Source: Methanobacteriota archaeon (GTDB taxonomy: Archaea; Thermoplasmatota; Poseidoniia; Poseidoniales; Thalassarchaeaceae). From it: DNA of 64,000 bases. The stretch is taken from the NCBI GenBank assembly GCA_002730095.1, contig PBZE01000044.1, positions 2,904 through 66,903 of the forward strand, given 5' to 3'. Shown here in pieces: positions 44,952 through 53,863 of the stretch. The position numbers and the translations under genes are program-made. Under the pieces are notes generated by a model. That model was not told the origin of the DNA. It ran no database searches and worked only from the letters and a program-made list of their open reading frames with translations. Position 1 is the first letter of the stretch, and each line of letters begins with the position of its first letter.

Positions 44952-46181
44952 ATGGCACTCGACGTAGAATCCATTCGTTCCCAGTTTCCAATACTCCAGA
45001 GAACCCTTCCTAATGGTAAGAAACTTGTATACTTCGATAATGCTGCTACATCTCAGAAGCCATTAGCAGTGATCGATGCAATGTCGGACTTCTACAAGAA
45101 CTACCATGCTAATGCCCATAGGGCTAACCACACCTTGGCTGATGAGTCCACCGCAGCTTTAGAAGGTGCTAGGGACAGGATTTCAAAATTCTTCGGAACT
45201 TCAGAGAGTCAGATGATTTACACAGGTAGTGCTACTGAAGCGATGAATCTAGTGGCATATGGTTGGGCTAGATATAACCTGAGCGAAGGAGACGTGGTCG
45301 TCACTACTGAGATGGAGCATCATGCAAACATAGTTCCATGGCAAGAGTTGTCCAAGGAGAGGGGAATAGAGCTGAGATATGTCCCAGTAGATACCGAGAA
45401 ATTTACACTCGACTACGATGCTATGGAAATTGCAGTTGAGGGTGCTTCTCTGGTTTGCGTGGGCCATGTTAGTAATGTCCTCGGCGTAAGGAATGACATC
45501 GAGAGAGTAATTCGAATGGCACGATCTCAAGGCGCTAGAATAGCAATAGACAGTGCCCAAGGAGCTCCACACGAGAAGATCAAATTCGATGACCTGGGTG
45601 CTGACTTTCTTTCAGTGGCAGCTCACAAGATGGCAGGACCCACTGGAATAGGTTGTCTATTGGTTAGTGAAGAAGCTCTTTCAGAGATGGGGCCATTCTT
45701 GACTGGAGGTTCTATCGTCAAGCGGGTTTCTTTGGAAGATACCCTTTTCCAAGAAGGATATGCGATGTTTGAAACTGGTACTCCTAGGATGGCGGAAGCG
45801 ATCGGGTGGAGGGTCGCAGTTGACTGGCTAGAGGAGAATGTAGATTTTGAAGAGGCCCATAGACATGTACAGAGTATCGCATCATGGATGGCATCAAGAA
45901 TGCGTGAGATTCCTGGAATTACCGTTTTTGGTTTCCCAGAAAGAGAGGAAGCGATAGGAGTAGTTTCATTCCTGCATGACACCATTCAGGCACAAGATCT
46001 CGGATATCTCTTAGATGCTGGCGGATTCGCTGTTAGGACCGGCCATCACTGCGCTCAGCCACTAATGGAAGCCATGGGCGTTGGATCAACAAACAGGGCT
46101 TCTGTCTGGATATACAATACCATGGAAGAGGCAGAGGCATTCGTATCTCATTTGGAAGCTATCGTTTCTAGATTCGGCTAA
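44952..46181 (+). CDS. sufS: Cysteine desulfurase, SufS (group II) type
   Basis: FPILQRT..GKKLVYFDNAATSQKP, SAHKMAGPTGIG (PLP Lys) and RTGHHCAQPL (catalytic Cys loop). Confidence 0.9.
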   Translation: MALDVESIRSQFPILQRTLPNGKKLVYFDNAATSQKPLAVIDAMSDFYKNYHANAHRANHTLADESTAALEGARDRISKFFGTSESQMIYTGSATEAMNLVAYGWARYNLSEGDVVVTTEMEHHANIVPWQELSKERGIELRYVPVDTEKFTLDYDAMEIAVEGASLVCVGHVSNVLGVRNDIERVIRMARSQGARIAIDSAQGAPHEKIKFDDLGADFLSVAAHKMAGPTGIGCLLVSEEALSEMGPFLTGGSIVKRVSLEDTLFQEGYAMFETGTPRMAEAIGWRVAVDWLEENVDFEEAHRHVQSIASWMASRMREIPGITVFGFPEREEAIGVVSFLHDTIQAQDLGYLLDAGGFAVRTGHHCAQPLMEAMGVGSTNRASVWIYNTMEEAEAFVSHLEAIVSRFG

Positions 46182-46221
46182 ATGCCAGAATTGTGAAATC
46201 CTAAACTATGTTCGCACTCAC

Positions 46222-46650
46222 ATGGACGATGACAGCCGATGGTCCGAAGAGGTACAAAGAATCGTTGAAAGATTCCAATCTTGTTTCGACACAATGGAGC
46301 GTTATGAGCTTCTTTTCGAATACGCAAATTTGCACCCTTCTGTCTTATCTATGGAAGATTGGGATGATGAAAACATGGTCCACGGTTGCCAATCAAGAGC
46401 ACATGTCGAATGTTCACTCGATGTTGATGGCGGTTTCATCGCCAGAGGGGGGGCTGATGCTCAGATTGTCCAAGGACTGATGGCCATCACCGCAATCGCC
46501 GTGAATGGACTTCCTCCTGAAGATGTGGCTCGTCACGATCCGTCTTACGTTGAGGAGATGGGCCTCAGTCAAATCCTCACTCCAAGTAGGGCTAATGGAT
46601 TCATGAACATGGTGAAGAAGGTGAAAGAAGAGGCCTCAACGTTGATGTGA
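46222..46650 (+). CDS. sufE: Cysteine desulfuration protein SufE
   Basis: MERYELLFEYA, VHGCQSRAHV (sulfur-acceptor Cys) and ADAQIVQGLMAI. Confidence 0.85.
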   Translation: MDDDSRWSEEVQRIVERFQSCFDTMERYELLFEYANLHPSVLSMEDWDDENMVHGCQSRAHVECSLDVDGGFIARGGADAQIVQGLMAITAIAVNGLPPEDVARHDPSYVEEMGLSQILTPSRANGFMNMVKKVKEEASTLM

Positions 46651-46654
46651 TATT

Positions 46655-46969
46655 ATGTCTGTAGAATCCAGTGTCAGGGAATCTCTCAGATCAGTAGAGG
46701 ATCCAGAGATGAAAATCTCGGTTATTGAGTTAGGACTGATCTATGACATTAAGGCAGAACAAAGGGAAGATGGCATTCATGTGGAGGTAGATATGACTCT
46801 GACAAGTCCCGGTTGCCCTATCGCCCCGGAGCTTATGGCGGCTGTTCACAGGGCAACCGAACAGACAGAGGGAGTTTCCAGCGCCCATGTCAATCTAACT
46901 TTCTCCCCACTCTGGGACCCAAAGAAACACGCTTCCGAAGATGCGTTAATAGATATGGGAATTTTCTGA
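46655..46969 (+). CDS. DUF59 / SufT-like Fe-S assembly protein
   Basis: VEDPEMKISVIELGLIYDI ... MTLTSPGCPIAPEL is the DUF59 (MIP18) signature. Confidence 0.85.
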   Translation: MSVESSVRESLRSVEDPEMKISVIELGLIYDIKAEQREDGIHVEVDMTLTSPGCPIAPELMAAVHRATEQTEGVSSAHVNLTFSPLWDPKKHASEDALIDMGIF

Positions 46970-46980
46970 CTTTCGCTCAC

Positions 46981-47850
46981 TCATTGTTGCATCTCAGTGG
47001 CCCTTACTGTGTTTGACATGAGCATTGCAATTGTCATTGGCCCAACCCCTCCTGGGACAGGAGATAGTGCACCTGCGACCTCTCCAACTTCAGGATGGAC
47101 ATCGCCAGTTAGGTGGTATCCTTTCTCAGAATCGTCATTCACACGATTTACACCTACGTCTATCACTATTGAGCCTGGCTTGACCCAGTCCCGAGTCACC
47201 ATATTTGAGATTCCCACAGCAGCTATTATCACGTCTGCTTCTCGGCACAAAGTAGCCATATCTGCAGTCCTAGAATGAGCTATGGTAACAGTGGCATCCA
47301 CTCCTTTCTGCGACAATAAAATTGATTGAGGCATTCCAACAATCCTACTGCGACCAATGACGACCGCCCTTTTCCCTGTTAGGTCAACATCTGCAGACTC
47401 TAACATATGCATGACCCCGGCAGGGGTGCATGGCAACAAACCACTAGTATCGCCTTGAACCAAGCGACCCAGATTTTGAGCATGGAATCCATCAACATCC
47501 TTTTTCGGGTCGATGAGGTCAGTAATCTTGATCTCATCCATTCCTTCTGGCAGAGGGGACTGGACGAGTATCCCATTCACATCGGGGTCCGAATTCAGCT
47601 TCCTCACTGTGCGGACAACTTCTTCAAATTCCACATCAGATGGGACATCTATACGCACGCTTCTAATTCCTAATCTTGCACATGCACGCTCCTTAGCTCT
47701 AACATACACATGAGATGCAGGATCATCTCCCACAATCACAACAGCAAGACAAGGAGTTACTCCCAAATCTAGCAAATTAGCTACTCTGACTTTCAGGCCA
47801 TTCTCAATTTCTCGGGACATTTCTCTGCCGTCAAGTACCGTTGCAGCCAT
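46981..47850 (-). CDS. folD: Bifunctional methylenetetrahydrofolate dehydrogenase / methenyl-THF cyclohydrolase
   Basis: PCLAVVIVGDDPASHVYVRAKERAC, NGILVQSPLP, VVIGRSRIVGMP and PVPGGVGPMTIAML. Confidence 0.95.
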   Translation of the reverse strand: MAATVLDGREMSREIENGLKVRVANLLDLGVTPCLAVVIVGDDPASHVYVRAKERACARLGIRSVRIDVPSDVEFEEVVRTVRKLNSDPDVNGILVQSPLPEGMDEIKITDLIDPKKDVDGFHAQNLGRLVQGDTSGLLPCTPAGVMHMLESADVDLTGKRAVVIGRSRIVGMPQSILLSQKGVDATVTIAHSRTADMATLCREADVIIAAVGISNMVTRDWVKPGSIVIDVGVNRVNDDSEKGYHLTGDVHPEVGEVAGALSPVPGGVGPMTIAMLMSNTVRATEMQQ

Positions 47851-47891
47851 ATCGTGCCGTCTGGCTACCGCCCTTTGACCTTGACGTATTT

Positions 47892-47968
<77 letters not shown>

Positions 47969-48051
47969 GGCGACCCTTGGAAGGCAAACCACTATTGAAA
48001 CCTATAGGTCACAATGGGGGACTTTGATGAATAGAGTCCCCTAGCCGAACC

Positions 48052-48453
48052 ATGGTTTCGTCCAGTCGCGGGAACACCAGGGTTAACCTAGCCATATCCG
48101 GATGGGCTTGCATCGTCATAGGAAGTGGAATTATTTTGAGTTCCGGAACTTCAGGATTATCACTGGCAATAGCGGCACCGATTTCCATCTCCGGCATAGT
48201 ACTACTGATGGCGGCAATTGGCATGTCTAACGAAGAAGGAATCAGTATTGAGGAGGTTCACGCTTGGTCTCCAGAAGAGGATTTACTTCCTGATGCAGGA
48301 GGTCCGATGTATAGGATCGACACAACTCTGATTGATCCAATCAGGACTACCATATTGTGCGGGAGGTGTGGTAATCTGGAGATGATCGAGGGCCGTCGAC
48401 CTAGTATGTATAGGTGTGAAATATGTGAAGTAGACTTATGGGAGGAGGAATAA
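48052..48453 (+). CDS. Hypothetical membrane protein with C-terminal zinc ribbon
   Basis: Two N-terminal hydrophobic helices, then CGRCG...CEIC. No family recognised. Confidence 0.45.
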   Translation: MVSSSRGNTRVNLAISGWACIVIGSGIILSSGTSGLSLAIAAPISISGIVLLMAAIGMSNEEGISIEEVHAWSPEEDLLPDAGGPMYRIDTTLIDPIRTTILCGRCGNLEMIEGRRPSMYRCEICEVDLWEEE

Positions 48454-48497
48454 GCCCTCACGGCAGTATCAAGTGGGATAGCCTTCTGGATAGGGTA

Positions 48498-49997
48498 ATG
48501 GTCGCTGAATTGAGCAACAACGACAAGGCCATGCTAAAGGCGATGCTTACTGATTGCGATAGGGATTGGACTGTTCAAGAACTACTGGATTTAACGGGCT
48601 GGAATGACCAAGTCCATGTTGCAGGGTCAGGAAAATCCCTCAATGAATTGGGCCTAGTAAAAATTACTGAAAATCAAGTCAAGCTCATTTCATTGGATTC
48701 AGAGGGCAAGAGGGCATTAGAATTCGGACTCCTGGAGAATAGGATTTGGGATTGGTTTCTTGAGTCAGAAATAGAAGGCCGAACAATGAATAATCTCTTC
48801 AAAGCAGGTTTTCAGAGAAACGAAGCGGGTCCCGGCATAGGCCTTCTAAAGTCCATAGGGGTCAATCTTGAATCCGGTAGACTAGTGGCGGCCGATGAAG
48901 AAAAAATATCTTCAATCATCTCCAAAAGAGCCGAATTCATCTCGTCGATTTCGACTGAGTCTACTGACTCATCAGATCTAGATCAACAATTAATACAACA
49001 TTTTTCTGGTAGAAAGGGACTAATATCAATCGAGGAAAGGGTTTCGCGGACATGGGCACTGACCGAAAAGGGAGCAACAGTCGATGTTAGTGAACTATCT
49101 CACGTTGAAATGATTGGCGAATTAACGCCCGAACTGTTGAAGGGAGACTCATGGAAGGGAATCAAGTTCAAGCCATTCGACATCAATGCTCCTGCAATAA
49201 CTCCAACAGGTGGAAGGCCGCATCCAATGCAGGCGCTAATTGAGAGGATCAGGAAGGTGTTCTTGGAAATGGGGTTCTCCGAGATAGAGGGAAATTTCGT
49301 ACAGTCAGCAGGATGGAACATGGATGCCCTGTACATACCACAGTCACACCCTGCGAGAACCATGCAGGATACGTTCTACCTCTCCAATCCCGAGAGGATA
49401 GATGTCGATGAAAGGTATCTGAATTTGTGGTCCAAGGTTCATGAGCATGGACATGATACTGGTAGCAGAGGATGGGGCGGAGTATTCGATAAGGACGAAG
49501 CCCAGAAAGGCTTGCTCAGAACACACACAACAGTCAACACTGTCAAGCATATAGCAGAGAATCCAGATGTTCCTTCTCGGGTATTCGGTATTGGCAGAGT
49601 TTTCAGACAGGAGACCATCGATAGGACGCATTTACCAGAGTTCCACCAAATAGAGGGAATTATCCACGAAGAAAATGCAAATCTGCCAATGCTCATCACA
49701 ACTTTGAAGACATTCTATTCCAAAATGGGATATGATGACGTCAGGGTGAGGCCTGCCTACTTCCCTTACACGGAGCCCAGTGTCGAGGTGGATATCCTTT
49801 GGAGGGGAGAATGGCTAGAGCTGGGCGGGGCAGGAATTTTCCGTCCAGAGGTTACTGAGCCACTCGGGACCGAATGGCCCGTTTGTGCATGGGGAATGGG
49901 CCTTGAGAGGCTTGCCATGTTAGTTCTTGGACTCACTGATATAAGGCAGCTTTATCAGCCCGATTTGGAGAAATTGGGACAGATGCCAATACTCTGA
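48498..49997 (+). CDS. pheS: Phenylalanyl-tRNA synthetase alpha subunit, archaeal type
   Basis: HPMQALIERIRKVFLEMGF, QSHPARTMQDTFYL, LRTHTT, FRQETIDRTHLPEFHQIEG and GAGIFRPEV...WGMGLERLAM (class II motifs 1-3). Confidence 0.9.
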   Translation: MVAELSNNDKAMLKAMLTDCDRDWTVQELLDLTGWNDQVHVAGSGKSLNELGLVKITENQVKLISLDSEGKRALEFGLLENRIWDWFLESEIEGRTMNNLFKAGFQRNEAGPGIGLLKSIGVNLESGRLVAADEEKISSIISKRAEFISSISTESTDSSDLDQQLIQHFSGRKGLISIEERVSRTWALTEKGATVDVSELSHVEMIGELTPELLKGDSWKGIKFKPFDINAPAITPTGGRPHPMQALIERIRKVFLEMGFSEIEGNFVQSAGWNMDALYIPQSHPARTMQDTFYLSNPERIDVDERYLNLWSKVHEHGHDTGSRGWGGVFDKDEAQKGLLRTHTTVNTVKHIAENPDVPSRVFGIGRVFRQETIDRTHLPEFHQIEGIIHEENANLPMLITTLKTFYSKMGYDDVRVRPAYFPYTEPSVEVDILWRGEWLELGGAGIFRPEVTEPLGTEWPVCAWGMGLERLAMLVLGLTDIRQLYQPDLEKLGQMPIL

Positions 49998-51963
49998 CAG
50001 ATACCACTGCAAGTATCAGTAAGCCTAGCAACTCCCCTCCCGGAGGTTCCGTGGCAATGATATCACCAATAGTGCCAGAGATCTCGGAGGACTGTCCGTT
50101 TTGACCTCCTTGGCCACCGCCTCCACAACCGGCAGGAGGAGGCCCTATTCCTGGTCCCCAAGTCTCACCATATCCGGAGCAATCATCATCTCCACCTCCA
50201 TTATTATCTCCTCTGGCATCATCAATTGAAACCTCTCCCCTGTAGCAATTGATGAAGTAGGGGAATCCAATTTCCCCTTCGCCATTCTCCCAAGTGCTGT
50301 GATAGTGATAAATTCCATCTGGATGGTCAGGAGTAGCTCCAAAATGCCCATTGCAAGAATCCAGATCCCCAAGTCCCTGAACATATTCGTAATCTACGAT
50401 TCCATTGTATCCGGTCTCCCCGTCTTTCAAACGATATGAGGACTTCATTTCTGAAATATTCCCCTCTTCATCCCATCCAACGAATCCATAAATGGGATAC
50501 CCATCGAATGCGAATCCAATAATTTCGGAATGTCTCGAGAGTGTTCGAGAAGAGTTGATACTGTAGTCCATCCATGTTTGATTAGTTTCCTCGTCTGGAT
50601 GCCAGTGGGCGCAGTTAGCGTCTGCATGGTAGTGGTACGCCCCTCCAGGACCTGAATGGCCGTGACAGATTCCCAACCAAATGTGTTGCCTGTCTTCATC
50701 ATAGGCACCCTCATGTCCAGCAACTGCATCTCCACCAGGGCCATCTTCAGGCCCGAAAATTGGAACCCCATTCACCGAGAAGGCCACAGAATCTCGCTCT
50801 GGAGCCATAGTGCAACCATCTGTTGAAATGGAAGGTTCACAACCTGTCTGATTAATTGGGGTGAGTGGGATAGTCCATTCAAGGTTCTGCTCACTCGTGC
50901 AGCAACCAGGTCCAGACTCTAGGTCATGGTTGGGTATCCCATTAGACTGAATTACTATTTCCGACTCACCTATCTCAAAACTCAGTTGACAAATATGATT
51001 GTCAGACTCAGTGGTATTGTAGTCATCTACCGGACTCACTTGTTCGGTCGAGTCACAGAGAAGCACCTTCTCCCACCAAGCCTTGGAACCGGTGCTATTG
51101 TCCACTGGTTCTTCGTCATATAAGCAGGATCCATCATCTTCGGTGGCATCCTCATCATAATTCAATGCGTTTTGATCCATGCATCCCAGTACTGGCTCCG
51201 GCTCAGTCTCGTATTCACAGGAGCCATCATCCTCTTCGGCATCATCATTGTAGTTGGTCGCCTCTGAATCAGTACAGCCAGTAACTATTTCCTGAACTAC
51301 TGTAATTTTCGTAGTTACCACAGAGGAAGTCTCGGTCCAAAGGCCGCATGTTGCTTCCATAGAAATCGTGGTATTTTCTTGAATGTTGGAGAGCTCCAAT
51401 TCGAAACTACCAGTATCGGAGATTGGCAGCCCAAGGCTGGACTCCGAAATATCCCCTGAGGACCACCTAAGGGAGCAGGTGTCAACATAGTCATGGATGA
51501 CAATACCGGAAATTGGTGCCGTCCCTCCTTTTGATATCTCCAGTGTCTCAGGGGTAATAGAGACGGCTGTATTACTCTCAGAGGGATGATTGATTGAGAA
51601 TACCTTGATGAATGTAGAATCCTGTCCAAGACTATCTGTGGCTACAACACTAACTACGTGACTTCCAACATCGAGATGCGAGATATCTAGAGATGCATTT
51701 CCATTAGAATCTAGATCATTATTCACCTGCTCATCATTCAATGTAATTAGTAGGGACAGGCCTCCCATTTCCTCATCAAATACTGTAATATTAATGGTTC
51801 CTAATTCCCCCATTATCATCGAATCGGGAACATCTGAATCAATAGTAGGAGCCTTATTTACTCCTTCATCTTCTATCCCAAAGAATAGTATCCCAGTCAT
51901 CACACTAGTTATCATAAGTGCCGCCAGGAATAGTGATCTCGCCGCCCCATTGTCTTCTGCCAT
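49933..51963 (-). CDS. Surface protein: N-terminal anchor, Ig-like domains, two Cys-bounded NY...DDGSC modules, YHYH domain, Gly-rich linker and C-terminal TM helix
   Basis: Two YHYH motifs (GGAYHYHADANC, DGIYHYHSTWENG) with NGIPNH and FDGYPIYG, as in the uncharacterised YHYH family. N-terminal helix LFLAALMITSVMTGILFF. C-terminal helix LLGLLILAVVSV. The 3' end overlaps the convergent pheS by 65 nt. Confidence 0.7.
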   Translation of the reverse strand: MAEDNGAARSLFLAALMITSVMTGILFFGIEDEGVNKAPTIDSDVPDSMIMGELGTINITVFDEEMGGLSLLITLNDEQVNNDLDSNGNASLDISHLDVGSHVVSVVATDSLGQDSTFIKVFSINHPSESNTAVSITPETLEISKGGTAPISGIVIHDYVDTCSLRWSSGDISESSLGLPISDTGSFELELSNIQENTTISMEATCGLWTETSSVVTTKITVVQEIVTGCTDSEATNYNDDAEEDDGSCEYETEPEPVLGCMDQNALNYDEDATEDDGSCLYDEEPVDNSTGSKAWWEKVLLCDSTEQVSPVDDYNTTESDNHICQLSFEIGESEIVIQSNGIPNHDLESGPGCCTSEQNLEWTIPLTPINQTGCEPSISTDGCTMAPERDSVAFSVNGVPIFGPEDGPGGDAVAGHEGAYDEDRQHIWLGICHGHSGPGGAYHYHADANCAHWHPDEETNQTWMDYSINSSRTLSRHSEIIGFAFDGYPIYGFVGWDEEGNISEMKSSYRLKDGETGYNGIVDYEYVQGLGDLDSCNGHFGATPDHPDGIYHYHSTWENGEGEIGFPYFINCYRGEVSIDDARGDNNGGGDDDCSGYGETWGPGIGPPPAGCGGGGQGGQNGQSSEISGTIGDIIATEPPGGELLGLLILAVVSVRVLASVPISPNRADKAALYQ
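51118..51276 (-). repeat. Tandem coding repeat: two ~22-aa C-x-D-x2-A-x-NY-x2-DA-x2-DDGSC-x-Y modules
   Basis: CTDSEATNYNDDAEEDDGSCEY and CMDQNALNYDEDATEDDGSCLY, separated by an acidic/Pro linker. These are aa 230-282 of the YHYH protein. Confidence 0.8.
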
Positions 51964-52033
51964 GTTGTGATGTATATTCGCTATAGCATATAATTGGAAC
52001 AGTGCAAATGGGTAAAAAAATCCAAAAAAGTTG

Positions 52034-53134
52034 TCACTCGTCCACTAGGGTAATCACATCTTGCAAGAAATCATCAGCATCCCAGTGGATTCCCGAATAT
52101 GCGACCCTCTTCCTCATCTCTTTCCCAACGATGAAAGTTGTTGTAGAATGGCCAACCTCATATTCTCCCAGTGACTGATCATGTGGGTCAGTTGCATCGG
52201 ATATTTCAGAATCTCCAGAACCTTCGATCACACATGAAAGCCAATCGCTACTAGGTCTTTCATATCCCTCATTGCACATGCAATGAGCGCTTTCCCCTGA
52301 GCCCATTATCCACCCATCTCCATTGCAATCGACCCCTGGTGGGGCCAAGCTAAGATTGGAGTTACTCGCAATCCAAGCCAAATGTGTATCTCCGCTGACC
52401 TCTATAGATGAGCTAGACGACTCTGATTGATTCCAACTCTCACTTTGTGAGTCCCAGTAGTGCAGAACCCACGACCAATCGCTGTCCGTACTCCAATTGC
52501 CTATTGTCCCCTCGCTAATCGGACCATCGCTGACTACGAAGTTCGAACCCGACTCGTTCAGTGAATCGGATATGAACTCTGAGCCGTTCATTCCGAACCC
52601 CTTCATATCTATTGTCGAGCTTGTGTTGTCTGGATACAGGACGACCAAACGATTCAGATTATCTTCAGGAGGCTGACTCGCCTCGATATGCTCGTTATCG
52701 ATAATTACGTTCCATGAACGATAAATCTGTTGAAGTTCAGATGCAGGTCCAGTGAGATGAGGCCATTCATAACCTCTGCTGTCAGTCCACTCCGATAGGT
52801 GGTTTATCGTGTCTCTAGCTGGGTCAATTGTCACGGATAGGATCAATACCTCTTCAGATCTATAGCCTAGATTGTCATACACATAATCAAGGTTTGAGGA
52901 TATTATCAAGCAAATATCCGGGCAGGATGTGTAGACAAAAGCAACCACAATGACCTTGCCTTGATGCTCACTGAGTCTAAAGGCATCACCATCCTGATCG
53001 AATAGCGTGAAATCAGGGGCATCTGGGGGGTCCCTGTACTCTATCCCGAGGAACTCAGGGTCTTCTCCTTGACCAAGACATCCAGATGAAAGAAGTAAGA
53101 ATCCGACGACAAATACGCCAAACCTCATTTTCAA
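52034..53134 (-). CDS. Sco1/SenC-family copper chaperone / thiol-disulfide oxidoreductase with ~170-aa insertion; lipoprotein-like signal
   Basis: KVIVVAFVYTSCPDICLI (CxxxC) and the distal EYEVGHSTTTFIVGKE (His ligand strand). They are separated by a Ser/Trp/Cys-rich insertion. N-terminal FVVGFLLLSSGC. Confidence 0.8.
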   Translation of the reverse strand: MKMRFGVFVVGFLLLSSGCLGQGEDPEFLGIEYRDPPDAPDFTLFDQDGDAFRLSEHQGKVIVVAFVYTSCPDICLIISSNLDYVYDNLGYRSEEVLILSVTIDPARDTINHLSEWTDSRGYEWPHLTGPASELQQIYRSWNVIIDNEHIEASQPPEDNLNRLVVLYPDNTSSTIDMKGFGMNGSEFISDSLNESGSNFVVSDGPISEGTIGNWSTDSDWSWVLHYWDSQSESWNQSESSSSSIEVSGDTHLAWIASNSNLSLAPPGVDCNGDGWIMGSGESAHCMCNEGYERPSSDWLSCVIEGSGDSEISDATDPHDQSLGEYEVGHSTTTFIVGKEMRKRVAYSGIHWDADDFLQDVITLVDE

Positions 53135-53862
53135 GACCCCTCCTCAATTAGAATCTTGATATCCTCCATTGCAAGTTCTACATTCCAGTCAGTATCTCCC
53201 CACCAAACCCTCTGCCTGAGTTGCTTATCCAGAATGATGGTCCCAGTAGTGTGATCGACCCAATAGTCCAGAGGATGATGTTTTACAGAAACATCTCCCT
53301 CATCACCTTCTTGCTGAGTTTCAACTCCACATCCATTATTGTCTACTTCCTCTCCTTCTGGAGTGCCCAAGCAAGTATCAAAGCCATCTGAAACCCCATC
53401 ACCATCCGAATCGGTGGAATATGTCTGAAGTCCAACATCGAACTCTAGCCATACACCCTCTAGATCTTCCACAGAACCTGTAAGATGGGGCCAATGAAGC
53501 CCCCTCTGCTCGCTGTAGTTGTGTAATACAGAGCTATTGTCCGTCCATGGGTCTACTGTGATGGTGAGTATCTCCACTGTTTCGCCATAGTCGTCTCCAA
53601 GCATATTGGAAAGATAATCCAGATTTGCACTTACTATGGGGCAGATATCCGGACATCGCGTGAATAGAAATGTGACCACAACTACCTTTCCTTGAAACTC
53701 AGAGAGCTGGAAAAGCTCACCATTTTGATCTGTCAGAACGAAATCACTAACTGGAACGGGGGGACTAATATCCTCGCCATAAAAAATGTCAGACTCGGAA
53801 TCTCCCATACAACCTGGTACCAGCAGCGTCAAAACTAGAAATAGGGCCATTTCTTTTTTCAT
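53131..53862 (-). CDS. Sco1/SenC-family copper chaperone with ~55-aa insertion containing a DSDGDGVSD calcium-binding-like motif; lipoprotein-like signal
   Basis: KVVVVTFLFTRCPDICPI (CxxxC) and the distal YWVDHTTGTIILDKQ. N-terminal LVLTLLVPGC. 4-nt overlap with the downstream Sco gene. Confidence 0.85.
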   Translation of the reverse strand: MKKEMALFLVLTLLVPGCMGDSESDIFYGEDISPPVPVSDFVLTDQNGELFQLSEFQGKVVVVTFLFTRCPDICPIVSANLDYLSNMLGDDYGETVEILTITVDPWTDNSSVLHNYSEQRGLHWPHLTGSVEDLEGVWLEFDVGLQTYSTDSDGDGVSDGFDTCLGTPEGEEVDNNGCGVETQQEGDEGDVSVKHHPLDYWVDHTTGTIILDKQLRQRVWWGDTDWNVELAMEDIKILIEEGS

Positions 53863-53863
53863 C

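Noticed and set aside
49933-49997. 65-nt convergent overlap of pheS and the YHYH gene as a regulatory feature
   Set aside because: The most likely explanation is non-essential C-terminal tail codons running on to the first available stop. There is no evidence of function.
49933-50060. PGF-CTERM/archaeosortase signal at the C-terminus of the YHYH protein
   Set aside because: The sequence PPGGELLGLLILAVV lacks the PGF tripeptide. The tail after the helix is long and not simply basic.
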